A model generated the notes under the pieces. The model saw only the letters and a list, made by a program, of their open reading frames with translations, was not told the origin of the DNA and made no database searches. Of a DNA stretch of 64,000 nucleotides, positions 42,324-52,703 are shown piece after piece. The stretch spans positions 22,568 to 86,567 of the forward strand of contig DASXZO010000040.1 of NCBI GenBank assembly GCA_036501845.1, read 5' to 3'. Position numbers and translations under genes: made by a program. How positions within the stretch are numbered: the stretch's first letter is position 1; each line of letters begins with the position of its first letter. The stretch is from Acidimicrobiia bacterium (GTDB taxonomy: Bacteria > Actinomycetota > Acidimicrobiia > IMCC26256 > PALSA-610).

Positions 42324-42986
42324 GTGAGCGAAGCGACCGAAGAGAACGAAGAGACTGGCGTCAACCGCCAGTTGGTAGTGGGCGGCATCATCGTTGCGGT
42401 CACGCTCGCGATTGCCGCGTGGCTCGCGTACGGCGTGGTGCAACGGTCGTCGACCTCGCCGCGCGCCGCCGGGCTCGTGCCCGACGGTTCGAATGGCGCG
42501 AGCCTCACGACGCCGAGACGGCCCGGCCAAACCGACAGCACCTCGTCGACCGGCAAGGGCAAGGGCAAAGGCGCCGGTACGAGCACCACGGTGGGCGTCG
42601 GCACGCATCACGGCAGCATCCCGCCGACGACGACCCCGGCAACGTTCGCCAACGGGCCGAAGGGCGGCATCAGCGCCAAGCAGTTCGCGATCCTGTGGCC
42701 GGCCTACTCCCAAGCGTGGCTCGCCGAGTGCCACAGCATCTGGAGCCACTCGTCGAACGGGAAGCTCTACGACCCCGAAGATGTCGGCTCGTACTACACC
42801 GTCGACGACTGCACCCACACGCTCGACACGCTGTTCTTAACCGCCGACATCACCACCGTCGCTCGGGCGAAGGCGGAAGGCGCCACCGACGCGGCCAGCT
42901 TCACCTCGCAGCTCACGCTGTCGGGCCAGCTGTGCTGGGTGGACCCCGCCACCGATGTGGTGGAGCATTGCTGGGACGGGACCTAG
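42324..42986 (+). CDS. hypothetical membrane-anchored protein
   Basis: GTG start. The protein has a single N-terminal TM (LVVGGIIVAVTLAIAAWLAYGVV), a Ser/Thr/Gly/Lys linker and a Cys-containing C-terminal domain. Confidence 0.5.
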   Translation: MSEATEENEETGVNRQLVVGGIIVAVTLAIAAWLAYGVVQRSSTSPRAAGLVPDGSNGASLTTPRRPGQTDSTSSTGKGKGKGAGTSTTVGVGTHHGSIPPTTTPATFANGPKGGISAKQFAILWPAYSQAWLAECHSIWSHSSNGKLYDPEDVGSYYTVDDCTHTLDTLFLTADITTVARAKAEGATDAASFTSQLTLSGQLCWVDPATDVVEHCWDGT

Positions 42987-44602
42987 AACATCTTGAGGTG
43001 CAGCGTCACGTAGTACGCGACCGGCAGCGCGAACAGCATGCCGTCGAAGCGGTCGAGGAATCCGCCGTGGCCGGGCAACAGCGTGCCGAAGTCCTTCACG
43101 CCGAGGTCGCGCTTCAGCATCGACTCGCACAGGTCGCCCACGAGCGCGGCGACGCCCAGCAGCAGACCGGTCGCTGCGAGCACGAGCACCTTGTGGCCCT
43201 TCCACGGGGCGAGGTGCGGCAGGACGAGGATCGCCACGAGCAGCGAAGCGATCACCCCGGCGAGGGTGCCCTCCACCGTCTTTCCGGGTGACGTATTCGG
43301 TGCGATCGGCGCGCTGCCGAGCCGGCTGCCCGCGAAGTAGCCGATCACGTCGTACGCCACCACCACGAGCACGGTGCCGATGAGCAAGCCCACGCCGTCG
43401 GGGCCGCGCTGCAACAGCAGGCCGGCGTAGCCGCCGAGACCGCCCACGTAGCAGAACACCATCACGCTGATCGCCACACCGATCACCGGACGGCCCGGCC
43501 CGACGCGCCAGAGGAACCACACGAACGACACCACGGTGACGAGCGCGAACAAGATCGCGAACGGACCCATCCCGGCCGCGGCGCCGGCCGACGTCGTGAC
43601 GTTCGCGCCCTTCAACGGCACGAGCGGCGCGGCCGCGCACGCCACCACCACGGGCAGCGTGGCTGGGCGCAAGCCCTTCGCCTGCAAGATGGCGCAGAGC
43701 TCGAAACCGCAGATCGCGATCACGACGGCGGCGAGCAACGCGGTCCAGGTCTGGCCGAGCGTGAACGCGATCACCGCGACGATCCCGAAGATGAACGCGG
43801 TGAGAAGTGCCACCGGAAGGTCGCGCCCGCTCGATGGCAGCACGTCGCCCGCGCTGCCCGAGCTTGCGGCCGCAGCACCGGCGGCGGCAGGAGCGGCGCG
43901 GCGAGTACCGCCTGGACGCGGCGCGGGGCGAGCTTCGGGCGTGGACGTGACGACCGCGCGCGTACCGCTGCGGCGGCGGGCGCGCACTTGGGCGACGAAG
44001 GTCTCGTCGTCGTCGGCGGGCTGCGCCGGCTCGCGTCCTCTCATCGCGCCGAGGCGCTCGTCGTCGCCGGCCGCGTCGCCCAGGACCGCGACGTCGCTGT
44101 CGGACCAGTCGTCGCCGGCGTCGCGAAAACGCGGGCTGCTCCCGGTGTCGTCGACGCCGACCACGGGCACCTGCCCAGTGGGAGGCTCCGACCAGTGCGG
44201 CAGGGCTTCGACCTCGCCGGTGTTCATCGGCGCCTCGGCGCGCGTGTCGGCCGGCGCATCGACCGGTCGGGCGTAGTCGGGCTCGAGCCACGACGGGCTG
44301 TCGAGCTCGGAATCTTCGGCCACCGGAGGCTCGGCCTCGACGGGATCGGCCTCGACCGGATCGGCTTGGGCCGACCAGGTGGGGCCGTCCTCGCTCGTCA
44401 TCTCGGCCCACGTACGGTCGTCGGCCGGCTCGGCGTGCTCGGCCGGCTCGGCGTGCGTCACCGGGAGCGCCTCGGTGGCGTCGTCCTCACCCATGGCGGC
44501 GCGGCGGTCGGCTTCGATCGCAGCTGCTTCTTGCGCGCCGAGGATGCGCACCCCCTCGGTGGTGGGGGTACTGCGCTCGGGATGGTCGTCGTTCTCTGCC
44601 AC
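42983..44602 (-). CDS. cdsA: phosphatidate cytidylyltransferase with a long acidic N-terminal extension
   Basis: The C-terminal signature is ESMLKRDLGVKDFGTLLPGHGGFLDRFDG. The multi-TM core is preceded by about 245 aa rich in D/E/P/A in the same frame. Confidence 0.8.
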   Translation of the reverse strand: MAENDDHPERSTPTTEGVRILGAQEAAAIEADRRAAMGEDDATEALPVTHAEPAEHAEPADDRTWAEMTSEDGPTWSAQADPVEADPVEAEPPVAEDSELDSPSWLEPDYARPVDAPADTRAEAPMNTGEVEALPHWSEPPTGQVPVVGVDDTGSSPRFRDAGDDWSDSDVAVLGDAAGDDERLGAMRGREPAQPADDDETFVAQVRARRRSGTRAVVTSTPEARPAPRPGGTRRAAPAAAGAAAASSGSAGDVLPSSGRDLPVALLTAFIFGIVAVIAFTLGQTWTALLAAVVIAICGFELCAILQAKGLRPATLPVVVACAAAPLVPLKGANVTTSAGAAAGMGPFAILFALVTVVSFVWFLWRVGPGRPVIGVAISVMVFCYVGGLGGYAGLLLQRGPDGVGLLIGTVLVVVAYDVIGYFAGSRLGSAPIAPNTSPGKTVEGTLAGVIASLLVAILVLPHLAPWKGHKVLVLAATGLLLGVAALVGDLCESMLKRDLGVKDFGTLLPGHGGFLDRFDGMLFALPVAYYVTLHLKMF

Positions 44603-44671
44603 CAGCGTCTCCCCCGATCAACCGGACTGCGGGCCCGAGTTCGTGGCTGGTACCCGACGCGGACGTTACCG

Positions 44672-45235
44672 TCACACCTCGAGCAGCTCGCGTTCCTTGT
44701 GCTCGAGCGCCTTGTCGATGTCGGCCACCACGTCGTGGGTGAGCTTGTCGAGCTCCTTCTCGATGCGCGACAGCTCGTCGTCGCTGATCTCGCCGTCCTT
44801 GGCGAGGTGCTCGAGCTCCTGGCGCATGTGGCGCCGCACGTTGCGCACCGCCACCCGGCCGTCCTCGGCCTTGGCCTTGGCGAGCTTCACGAACTCCTTG
44901 CGCCGCTCCTGGGTGAGCTCGGGGAACACGAGGCGGATGTGCTCGCCGTCGTTCCCCGGGTTCACGCCGAGATCGCTCGCCTGAATCGCCTTCTCGATCG
45001 CCTTCAGCGCACCCTTGTCGTAAGGCGACACCATGAGCACGCGCGGCTCCGGCACCGAGAAACCCGCGAGCTGCTGGAGCGGGACCTCCGAGCCGTAGTA
45101 GTAGACCCTCAACTTCTCGACGAGCGCAGGGTTGGCGCGCCCGGTGCGCAGCGTGCCGAACTCGGCCAGCATGTGCTCGACCGCCTTGTGCATCTTGTCC
45201 TTGCACTCGTCGACATGCGGGTCCGTCGTCATCAA
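44672..45235 (-). CDS. frr: ribosome recycling factor
   Basis: 187 aa, with LRTGRANPALVEKLRVYYYGSEVPLQQLA. Confidence 0.95.
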   Translation of the reverse strand: MMTTDPHVDECKDKMHKAVEHMLAEFGTLRTGRANPALVEKLRVYYYGSEVPLQQLAGFSVPEPRVLMVSPYDKGALKAIEKAIQASDLGVNPGNDGEHIRLVFPELTQERRKEFVKLAKAKAEDGRVAVRNVRRHMRQELEHLAKDGEISDDELSRIEKELDKLTHDVVADIDKALEHKERELLEV

Positions 45236-45267
45236 CTCGTCTCCTGTCGCAACCCAGCCGTCAGCGG

Positions 45268-46829
<1,562 letters not shown>

Positions 46830-46837
<8 letters not shown>

Positions 46838-47846
46838 TGTCGGTTCCCTCACTCGTCGTGTCGTTCGTGCTGCTGGTGTCGCCCGAGCCCCCCTCGGGCG
46901 CGTCGATCGTGGCGGTTGCGGTGCCGCTGCCGGCAGTGTCGGCGGCCTCGGTGCCGCCGCTCGCCGCCGCGGCTTCCTTGGCCTGCGCGGCGCGACGTTC
47001 GATCTCGCGCTGCTGCGACGCCGCGGCGTCGCGGGCCGCCTGCTGGCGGGCCTGGAACTCGGCTTCCTGCTCGGGCGTGCGCGCCGGACGGGCCGGTGCC
47101 GCCGGCGCCGCGCTCGCGCCGCCGCCGCTGTCGTTGCCGCCCTGGCGGGCGTTGCGCTTGGCGCCGATCTGGTGACCTTCGATCACCGCGTCGGCGATCA
47201 CCCGGCACATCAGGTTCGCCGAACGGATGGCGTCGTCGTTGCCGGGGATCACGTACTGGATCACGTCGGGGTCGCAGTTGGTGTCGACCACCGCGACCAC
47301 CGGGATGCCGAGACGGTTCGCCTCGGTGACCGCGATGTGCTCCTTCTTGGTGTCGATCACGAACACCGCGCTCGGGAGCCGCTCGAGGTTCTTGATGCCG
47401 CCGAGGTTGCGCTCGAGCTTCGTGGCCTCGCGGCGCAGCTTGAGCCCTTCCTTCTTGATCATCTGGTCGACCTCGCCGGTGTCGATCACGCGCTGCAACT
47501 CGCGCAGCTTCGACGTGCGGCCGTGGACGGTCTGGAAGTTCGTGAGCATGCCGCCGAGCCAGCGGAAGTTCACGTAGGGCATGTTGCAGCTCGCGGCGTG
47601 ACGCGCGACCGGCTCTTGGGCCTGCTTCTTGGTGCCGACGAACAGCACCGTGCCGCCGTTCGCGACGGTCTCGCGGACGAACTTGTACGACTCCTCGATC
47701 CCGCCCAGCGTCTGGTGCAGATCGACGATGTAGATGCCCGACCGCTCCCCGAACAGGAAGCGCTTCATCTTCGGGTTCCATCGCCTCGTCTGGTGGCCGA
47801 AGTGCACTCCGGCATCGAGGAGTTGACGCATCGTGACGACGGCCAT
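46830..47846 (-). CDS. rpsB: 30S ribosomal protein S2 with an Ala/Glu/Gln-rich C-terminal extension
   Basis: [27 protein letters not shown]. The ATG at 47846 follows AAGGGAGG. The upstream part of ORF 46830..48800 is non-coding read-through. Confidence 0.95.
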
Positions 47847-48040
47847 GGCCGTGCCTCCCTTGGTTGGTGCAACCGCTCGCGCCAGCCCGCAGGCAAACTC
47901 GCCGGCGGACCACCTCGGGGTAGCGAGCGGGTGGTCGGTTGAGCCCTCGATCGGTCGACCGAGCGGCGCAACAGTGTACCGGGCCATCCAACCCGCTCCC
48001 GAAGCCGTTTCGCACCGACCCGGCGACGGCATCGGCCGGC

Positions 48041-48703
48041 TCAGAAGTAGCGCCAGCGCGCCAGAGGTCGCCAACGAGCCGGGGCGACGAACGCCTGGGA
48101 CAGCGGCACCGCGGCGTCGGCGCGCAGCCCGTCGACGAGTGCCCTGCGTTCGTCGACGAAGCCCATGCCCGACCCGTCGCTCGCCGTGGGCGCGAGGTGC
48201 ACGGCCGCGGCCAGGTCGATCGGTTGGAACAGGATCATGGGGTCGACGTACTGGTCGCCGATGCGCAGCGAGAAATGCAGCACCGTGCCGTCGTGGTTGT
48301 CGCCCACGCCGCCACTCGTGCCCACCACCGTGCCGCCGCCAACCGGCTCGCCGAGGCGCACCGCCACCGATGCCAGGAACGAGTAGCCGGTGCGCCAACC
48401 GCTCGGTTCGTGCAGCACCACCACGTGCGACGAGGGCCCGATGCGCCCGGCGAACACCACCACCCCCGGGCCGGCAGCGACCACCGGCGTGCCCGGCGCC
48501 GCCGCGAAGTCGACGCCGCGGTGGCCCGGCCCGTAGCGGGTGCGCGGCGCCTCGAAGGGCCGCACCACCGGACCGGCGACCGGCCGCGTCCACACTCCTG
48601 CCGGCGCGCTCCCGATGCCCAGAGCCGGGCCGGCGCCCACCCCGAACAGCGCCACCCCCACCACGACCGCGCCGATACAGGCGCGCGCGAGCACACGATC
48701 CAT
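48041..48703 (-). CDS. M23 family metallopeptidase (secreted or anchored)
   Basis: The protein has an N-terminal hydrophobic segment, then [27 protein letters not shown] and [17 protein letters not shown]. Confidence 0.8.
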   Translation of the reverse strand: MDRVLARACIGAVVVGVALFGVGAGPALGIGSAPAGVWTRPVAGPVVRPFEAPRTRYGPGHRGVDFAAAPGTPVVAAGPGVVVFAGRIGPSSHVVVLHEPSGWRTGYSFLASVAVRLGEPVGGGTVVGTSGGVGDNHDGTVLHFSLRIGDQYVDPMILFQPIDLAAAVHLAPTASDGSGMGFVDERRALVDGLRADAAVPLSQAFVAPARWRPLARWRYF

Positions 48704-48705
48704 GA

Positions 48706-48751
48706 CCGCTCCTCCTTGCGAGACGAGAACCAGAGTTGGGGGGAGGAGCGG
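48706..48751 (-). promoter_or_regulatory. Shine-Dalgarno-sequestering hairpin in the M23 peptidase leader
   Basis: On the minus-strand RNA, CCGCUCCUCC (a 26-nt loop) then GGAGGAGCGG form a perfect 10-bp stem. The 3' arm contains the AAGGAGG SD, located 7 nt before the ATG at 48703. Confidence 0.45.
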
Positions 48752-49013
48752 GCGCCCAGGGGCGCGACCGCATTGCGAACGTACTACCGGGGTGCGACAC
48801 GCACCAGGACCTGGCCCGAAACCGAATCGCCTGTCACCATCTATGGCGCAAAGGCCGCGAAAGGCTTATGTTGCTCCATACAAGTCCGGTACCTCGGGCG
48901 CTCGGGCGGAGACGCCCGAGGTGCTGGACAGGAAGTATCTCTATTGCTGCGCTTCCGTTGCGGTACCGACAGCTCCGCTGACGCTCCGCTTGCCGGTCCC
49001 ACGCAGTCAGCTC

Positions 49014-49078
49014 CGCTGCGAGCTCGCTTCACTGCTTAGTCGCTCGTGCCTCGCTCCTGCGCGGTTGCACTCGCCGCC
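49014..49078 (+). repeat. 65-nt intergenic repeat, copy A
   Basis: The + strand here aligns with the minus strand of 58586..58650. By hand, 47 of 65 positions are identical with no gaps. A 23-nt core (TCGCTCGTGCCTCGCTCCTGCGC) has one mismatch, and CGCTGCGAG lies at an identical 17-nt spacing from it. Confidence 0.55.
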
Positions 49079-49145
49079 AGCTGCAGGTCGGCGCCAGTGA
49101 TCGGCGCGCTTCGAGAACAGGCCAGAATTCGAAACGCAGCGGTAG

Positions 49146-49976
49146 TTACGTGACGACGCCGCGTTCGAGGACGGGGTCTTGGAGGCGGCCGCGCATCTGC
49201 AGGATCGCCTTGGTGTGGATCTGACACACCCGGCTCTCGGTCACGCCGAGCACCTGGCCGATCTCCGCAAGCGTGAGACCTTCGTAGTAGTAGAGCGTGA
49301 GCACCAGGCGTTCGCGGTCGGGCATGCGGTTGATGGCGTCGGCGAGCACGTGGCGCATCTCTTCGTTCTCGAACGCCTGCACCGGGTCGTTCACGGTGTC
49401 GGCGATCGTGTCGCCCACCGTCGCACCCGTGGTGCGGTCCTGGCCCGCCGCCAGCAGCTCGTCGAGGGCCACCACGCCCACGAAGCTGATCTTGCTCATG
49501 GTCGACGCCAGCTCGCCCTCGGTGAGGCCCAACTCCTGGGCCACCTCGGAGTCCGACGGCGACCGCCGCAACTCGTTCTCGAGCTTCGAGAACGCCCGCT
49601 CGATCGAACGAGCCTTGGCCCGGATCGAGCGCGGCACCCAGTCGATCGAACGAAGCTCGTCGATGATGGCGCCCTTGATACGGCTGATCGCGTAGGTCTC
49701 GAACTTGAAGCCGCGCGAGAGGTCGAACTTGTCGATCGCGTCGATGAGCCCGAACATGCCGTAGCTCACCAGGTCGGACTGCTCGATGTTCTGCGGCAGA
49801 CCGGCGGCCACACGACCGGCGACGAACTTCACGAGCGGTGAGTAGTGCAGGATCAGGCGATCCCGGGCGTCACGCGACTGGTGGGCCTTGTAGTCATCCC
49901 AGAGGGCTGCGATCACCGCCGCGGCATCGTCCATGATCTCCTCATCGGTCGCGGTTTCGGATCGCGGATCGCTCAC
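49146..49976 (-). CDS. whiG: RNA polymerase sigma factor, FliA/WhiG family
   Basis: Region 2 is FETYAISRIKGAIIDELR and region 4 is LTLAEIGQVLGVTESRVCQIHTKA. The position next to the M23 peptidase and rpsB matches Streptomyces whiG. Confidence 0.8.
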   Translation of the reverse strand: MSDPRSETATDEEIMDDAAAVIAALWDDYKAHQSRDARDRLILHYSPLVKFVAGRVAAGLPQNIEQSDLVSYGMFGLIDAIDKFDLSRGFKFETYAISRIKGAIIDELRSIDWVPRSIRAKARSIERAFSKLENELRRSPSDSEVAQELGLTEGELASTMSKISFVGVVALDELLAAGQDRTTGATVGDTIADTVNDPVQAFENEEMRHVLADAINRMPDRERLVLTLYYYEGLTLAEIGQVLGVTESRVCQIHTKAILQMRGRLQDPVLERGVVT

Positions 49977-50075
49977 AGGCCAACACCGTCGGGGTGAGCG
50001 CCATCAGAGGGCGACGCCGTCAGCGACGGAGGCACCCCACCTGCTGGTCCCGCCATGACGTGGCCGTGATGGCCG

Positions 50076-51002
50076 TCATGCCCGGGGGTGGGCCTGGTCG
50101 TACACCGCTCTCATTCGGTCACGAGTGACATGAGTGTAGACCTGTGTGGTGGAGAGGTTCGCGTGGCCCATGAGCTCTTGGACGGCCCGCAGATCGGCTC
50201 CGCCCTCGAGCAGATGGGTGGCGTAGGCGTGGCGCAGGGCATGGGGATTGAGGGTGCGGCCGTCGGGCAGGGGCCGGCGGTCGAGCACGCGGCGGGCGTC
50301 GCGCGGTGACAGCATCCGGCCCCGCTGATTGAGCAGGAGCGGCTCGCCCCGCGTGGCCGTCGTGACCAGGTGCGATCGGGTGCGCATGCACTCCTGAACT
50401 GCCTCACATGCCGGCGCGCCGAGCGGCAGTCGGCGTACCTTCGAGCCCTTGCCGAGCACGGTGACGGTCTTGTGGCGCAGGTCGACGTCGCCCGTGCGTA
50501 GCCCGCACGCTTCGGCGACGCGCAGGCCCGCGCCGTAGAGCAGCTCGACGAGCGCGCGGTCACGGGCCGTGATCGCGGCGCGGCGGGCGGTCGATGCCGC
50601 GTTGGCGTGGTCGGGCGCCGGCTCCTGGTCGAGCGCCCTGTCGGGGCCCTCGACGAGCGCCATCGCCTCCTCGACTCGCGGTACGCGTGGGAGGCGCCGG
50701 CGGGCCTTCGGTGCGCGCATGTGACGGCCGGGCTCGGCCGCGACCTCGCCGCTGCGGTGGAGATGGCGCACGAACGCCCGCACGGCCGATGCCTTGCGGG
50801 CGCTGGTGGTGGGCGCGAACCCGCGAGTGTCGAGGTAGGCGAGGTAGCGGCGCAGCACGCGGGCATCGAGGTCGGCGGGCTCGGGGCAGCCGCCCCGCTC
50901 GCACCAGTGGGCGAACTCACGGGAATCGAAGGCGTACGCGCGACGGGTGTGCTCGCTCACACCGGTGAGCGTGGCCACGAAGCCGTCGACGTCGTAGCCC
51001 AT
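50076..51002 (-). CDS. xerC: tyrosine recombinase XerC/XerD family
   Basis: The ATG at 51002 lies within ORF 50076..51269. HALRHAYATHLLEGGADLRAVQELMGHANLSTTQVYTHV is the R..HxxR..Y catalytic signature. The gene is adjacent to dprA. Confidence 0.85.
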   Translation of the reverse strand: MGYDVDGFVATLTGVSEHTRRAYAFDSREFAHWCERGGCPEPADLDARVLRRYLAYLDTRGFAPTTSARKASAVRAFVRHLHRSGEVAAEPGRHMRAPKARRRLPRVPRVEEAMALVEGPDRALDQEPAPDHANAASTARRAAITARDRALVELLYGAGLRVAEACGLRTGDVDLRHKTVTVLGKGSKVRRLPLGAPACEAVQECMRTRSHLVTTATRGEPLLLNQRGRMLSPRDARRVLDRRPLPDGRTLNPHALRHAYATHLLEGGADLRAVQELMGHANLSTTQVYTHVTRDRMRAVYDQAHPRA

Positions 51003-51191
51003 CGGCCCTCGACCGTAGCCCCACACGCCACACCAGTTGCAGGAACCCGTGAAGGTGCCGGCACCGAGGACATGTGCGTCGCCCCAGGTCATCGGCGTGT
51101 CGCAGCCCTGTCGTACGGTGCGTTGCAGCACCACACACCCTCCCCCATTGCGTGTTTCTGCGTGTTCCACGCGCCGCATTCGGGAGGTCCC

Positions 51192-52703
51192 ATGCTCGCC
51201 ACTGTTCCGTCGGCATCGGTGCTCGGCATCGACGGTCACATCGTCATGGTCGAGGTGCATGTCGGCCACGGGCTGCCTGCCTACGGCATCGTCGGCCTGC
51301 CCGACATGGTCGGGCGCGAATCGAAGGAGCGCGTGCGCGCCGCGATCCTGTCGAGCGGGCTGGCGTGGCCGCAGCAGCGCATCACGGTGAACCTCGCGCC
51401 GGCGATCGTGCGCAAGACCGGCGCCGGTCTCGAGGCGGCAATCGCGTGCGGGCTCCTGCTGGCGTCAGAACAGCTCCCGTCGGGCGGGCTCGAAGGCACC
51501 GCGGTGCTCGGCGAGCTCGGGCTCGACGGCCGGCTGCGTCACGTGCCCGGTCTCCTCGTGCTGGTCGACGCGCTCGCGCGGCGCGGCATCCGGCGCGTGG
51601 TGGTGCCGGTCGAGTCGGCACGCGAGGCCGCGCTGTGCGGCAATGTCGAAGTGCTGCCGGCCGCGTGCCTCGGCGACATTCACGCGTGTGCGCGCGGTGA
51701 GCTGCCGTGGCCCGACGTGCCACCTCCCACCGACGACGACGGCGCCGACTCGAGCGGGCTCGGTGACGATCCGCCCGATCTCGGCGAGGTGCGCGGCCTT
51801 TGGCACGCGCGCCGCGCGGTTGCAGCGTGCGTGAGCGGCGGTCACCACCTCTTGTTCGTGGGGCCGCCCGGAGTGGGCAAGACGATGCTGGCGCGGCGCG
51901 TGCCGTCGATCACGATGCCGTTGTCGCGCGATCACGCGTTCGACGTCACGCGCGTGCATTCCGCCGCGGGGCTCGCGCCGGCCGGCGCCCTGATCACGAA
52001 CGCGCCGTTTCGCGCGCCGCATCACAGCGCGTCGGGCGCGGCGCTCGTGGGAGGTGGCAGCAACGGGCGCGTCCGCATCGGTGAGATCACACTTGCGCAC
52101 AGGGGTTATCTCTTCCTCGACGAGCTCGGCGAGTTCAACCCTTCGGTGCTCGACGCACTGCGCCAACCAATGGAAGATCGGCGCGTGTGCGTGGCACGCG
52201 CCGGGTTGAGCGTGGAGCTTCCTGCCAACTTCGTGCTGATCGCCTGCACCAACCCGTGCCCGTGCGGGCTGGGTGAGCACGGTTGCAAATGCAGCGAGGT
52301 GCAGAAGATGCGCTACCGCCGGCGCCTCTCCGCGCCGCTGCTCGATCGTTTCGACATCCGCATGGTGATCGACCCACCCGACCCGAACCAGCCGTTCGGC
52401 GCCACGTCCGCAGCGGCGCGCGAGCAGATCGTGCAGGCGCGGCACATCCAAGCGGAACGGTTGCGGGGCACACCGTGGCGGCGCAACGCCGAGGTGCCGC
52501 CCGGCCGGCTCACAAAGCTGGCACCGCTTTCCGAGAAGGCCGAGGCCGCGCTCCTCGACATTGCGGAGCTGCGGGCGTTGAGCGCTCGCGGCGTAGGTCG
52601 TTTGTGGCGCGTCGCGCGCACGCTCGCCGATCTCGACGGCGTCGAGCGCGTCGGTGAAGACCATATGGAAGAGGCGTCGTGGATGCGAGAGGAGATCGTG
52701 TGA
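51192..52703 (+). CDS. yifB: YifB/ComM family Mg-chelatase-like AAA+ ATPase
   Basis: The ATG at 51192 follows GGGAGG. Motifs are MLATVPSASVLGIDGHIVMVEV and FVGPPGVGKTMLARR. Confidence 0.85.
   Translation: MLATVPSASVLGIDGHIVMVEVHVGHGLPAYGIVGLPDMVGRESKERVRAAILSSGLAWPQQRITVNLAPAIVRKTGAGLEAAIACGLLLASEQLPSGGLEGTAVLGELGLDGRLRHVPGLLVLVDALARRGIRRVVVPVESAREAALCGNVEVLPAACLGDIHACARGELPWPDVPPPTDDDGADSSGLGDDPPDLGEVRGLWHARRAVAACVSGGHHLLFVGPPGVGKTMLARRVPSITMPLSRDHAFDVTRVHSAAGLAPAGALITNAPFRAPHHSASGAALVGGGSNGRVRIGEITLAHRGYLFLDELGEFNPSVLDALRQPMEDRRVCVARAGLSVELPANFVLIACTNPCPCGLGEHGCKCSEVQKMRYRRRLSAPLLDRFDIRMVIDPPDPNQPFGATSAAAREQIVQARHIQAERLRGTPWRRNAEVPPGRLTKLAPLSEKAEAALLDIAELRALSARGVGRLWRVARTLADLDGVERVGEDHMEEASWMREEIV

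Noticed and set aside
50076-51002. The tyrosine recombinase as a marker of an integrated mobile element
   Set aside because: It sits in the conserved dprA-xerC-whiG-rpsB housekeeping context and has the XerC/D catalytic signature. I saw no att-like repeats, phage genes or transposase genes nearby.
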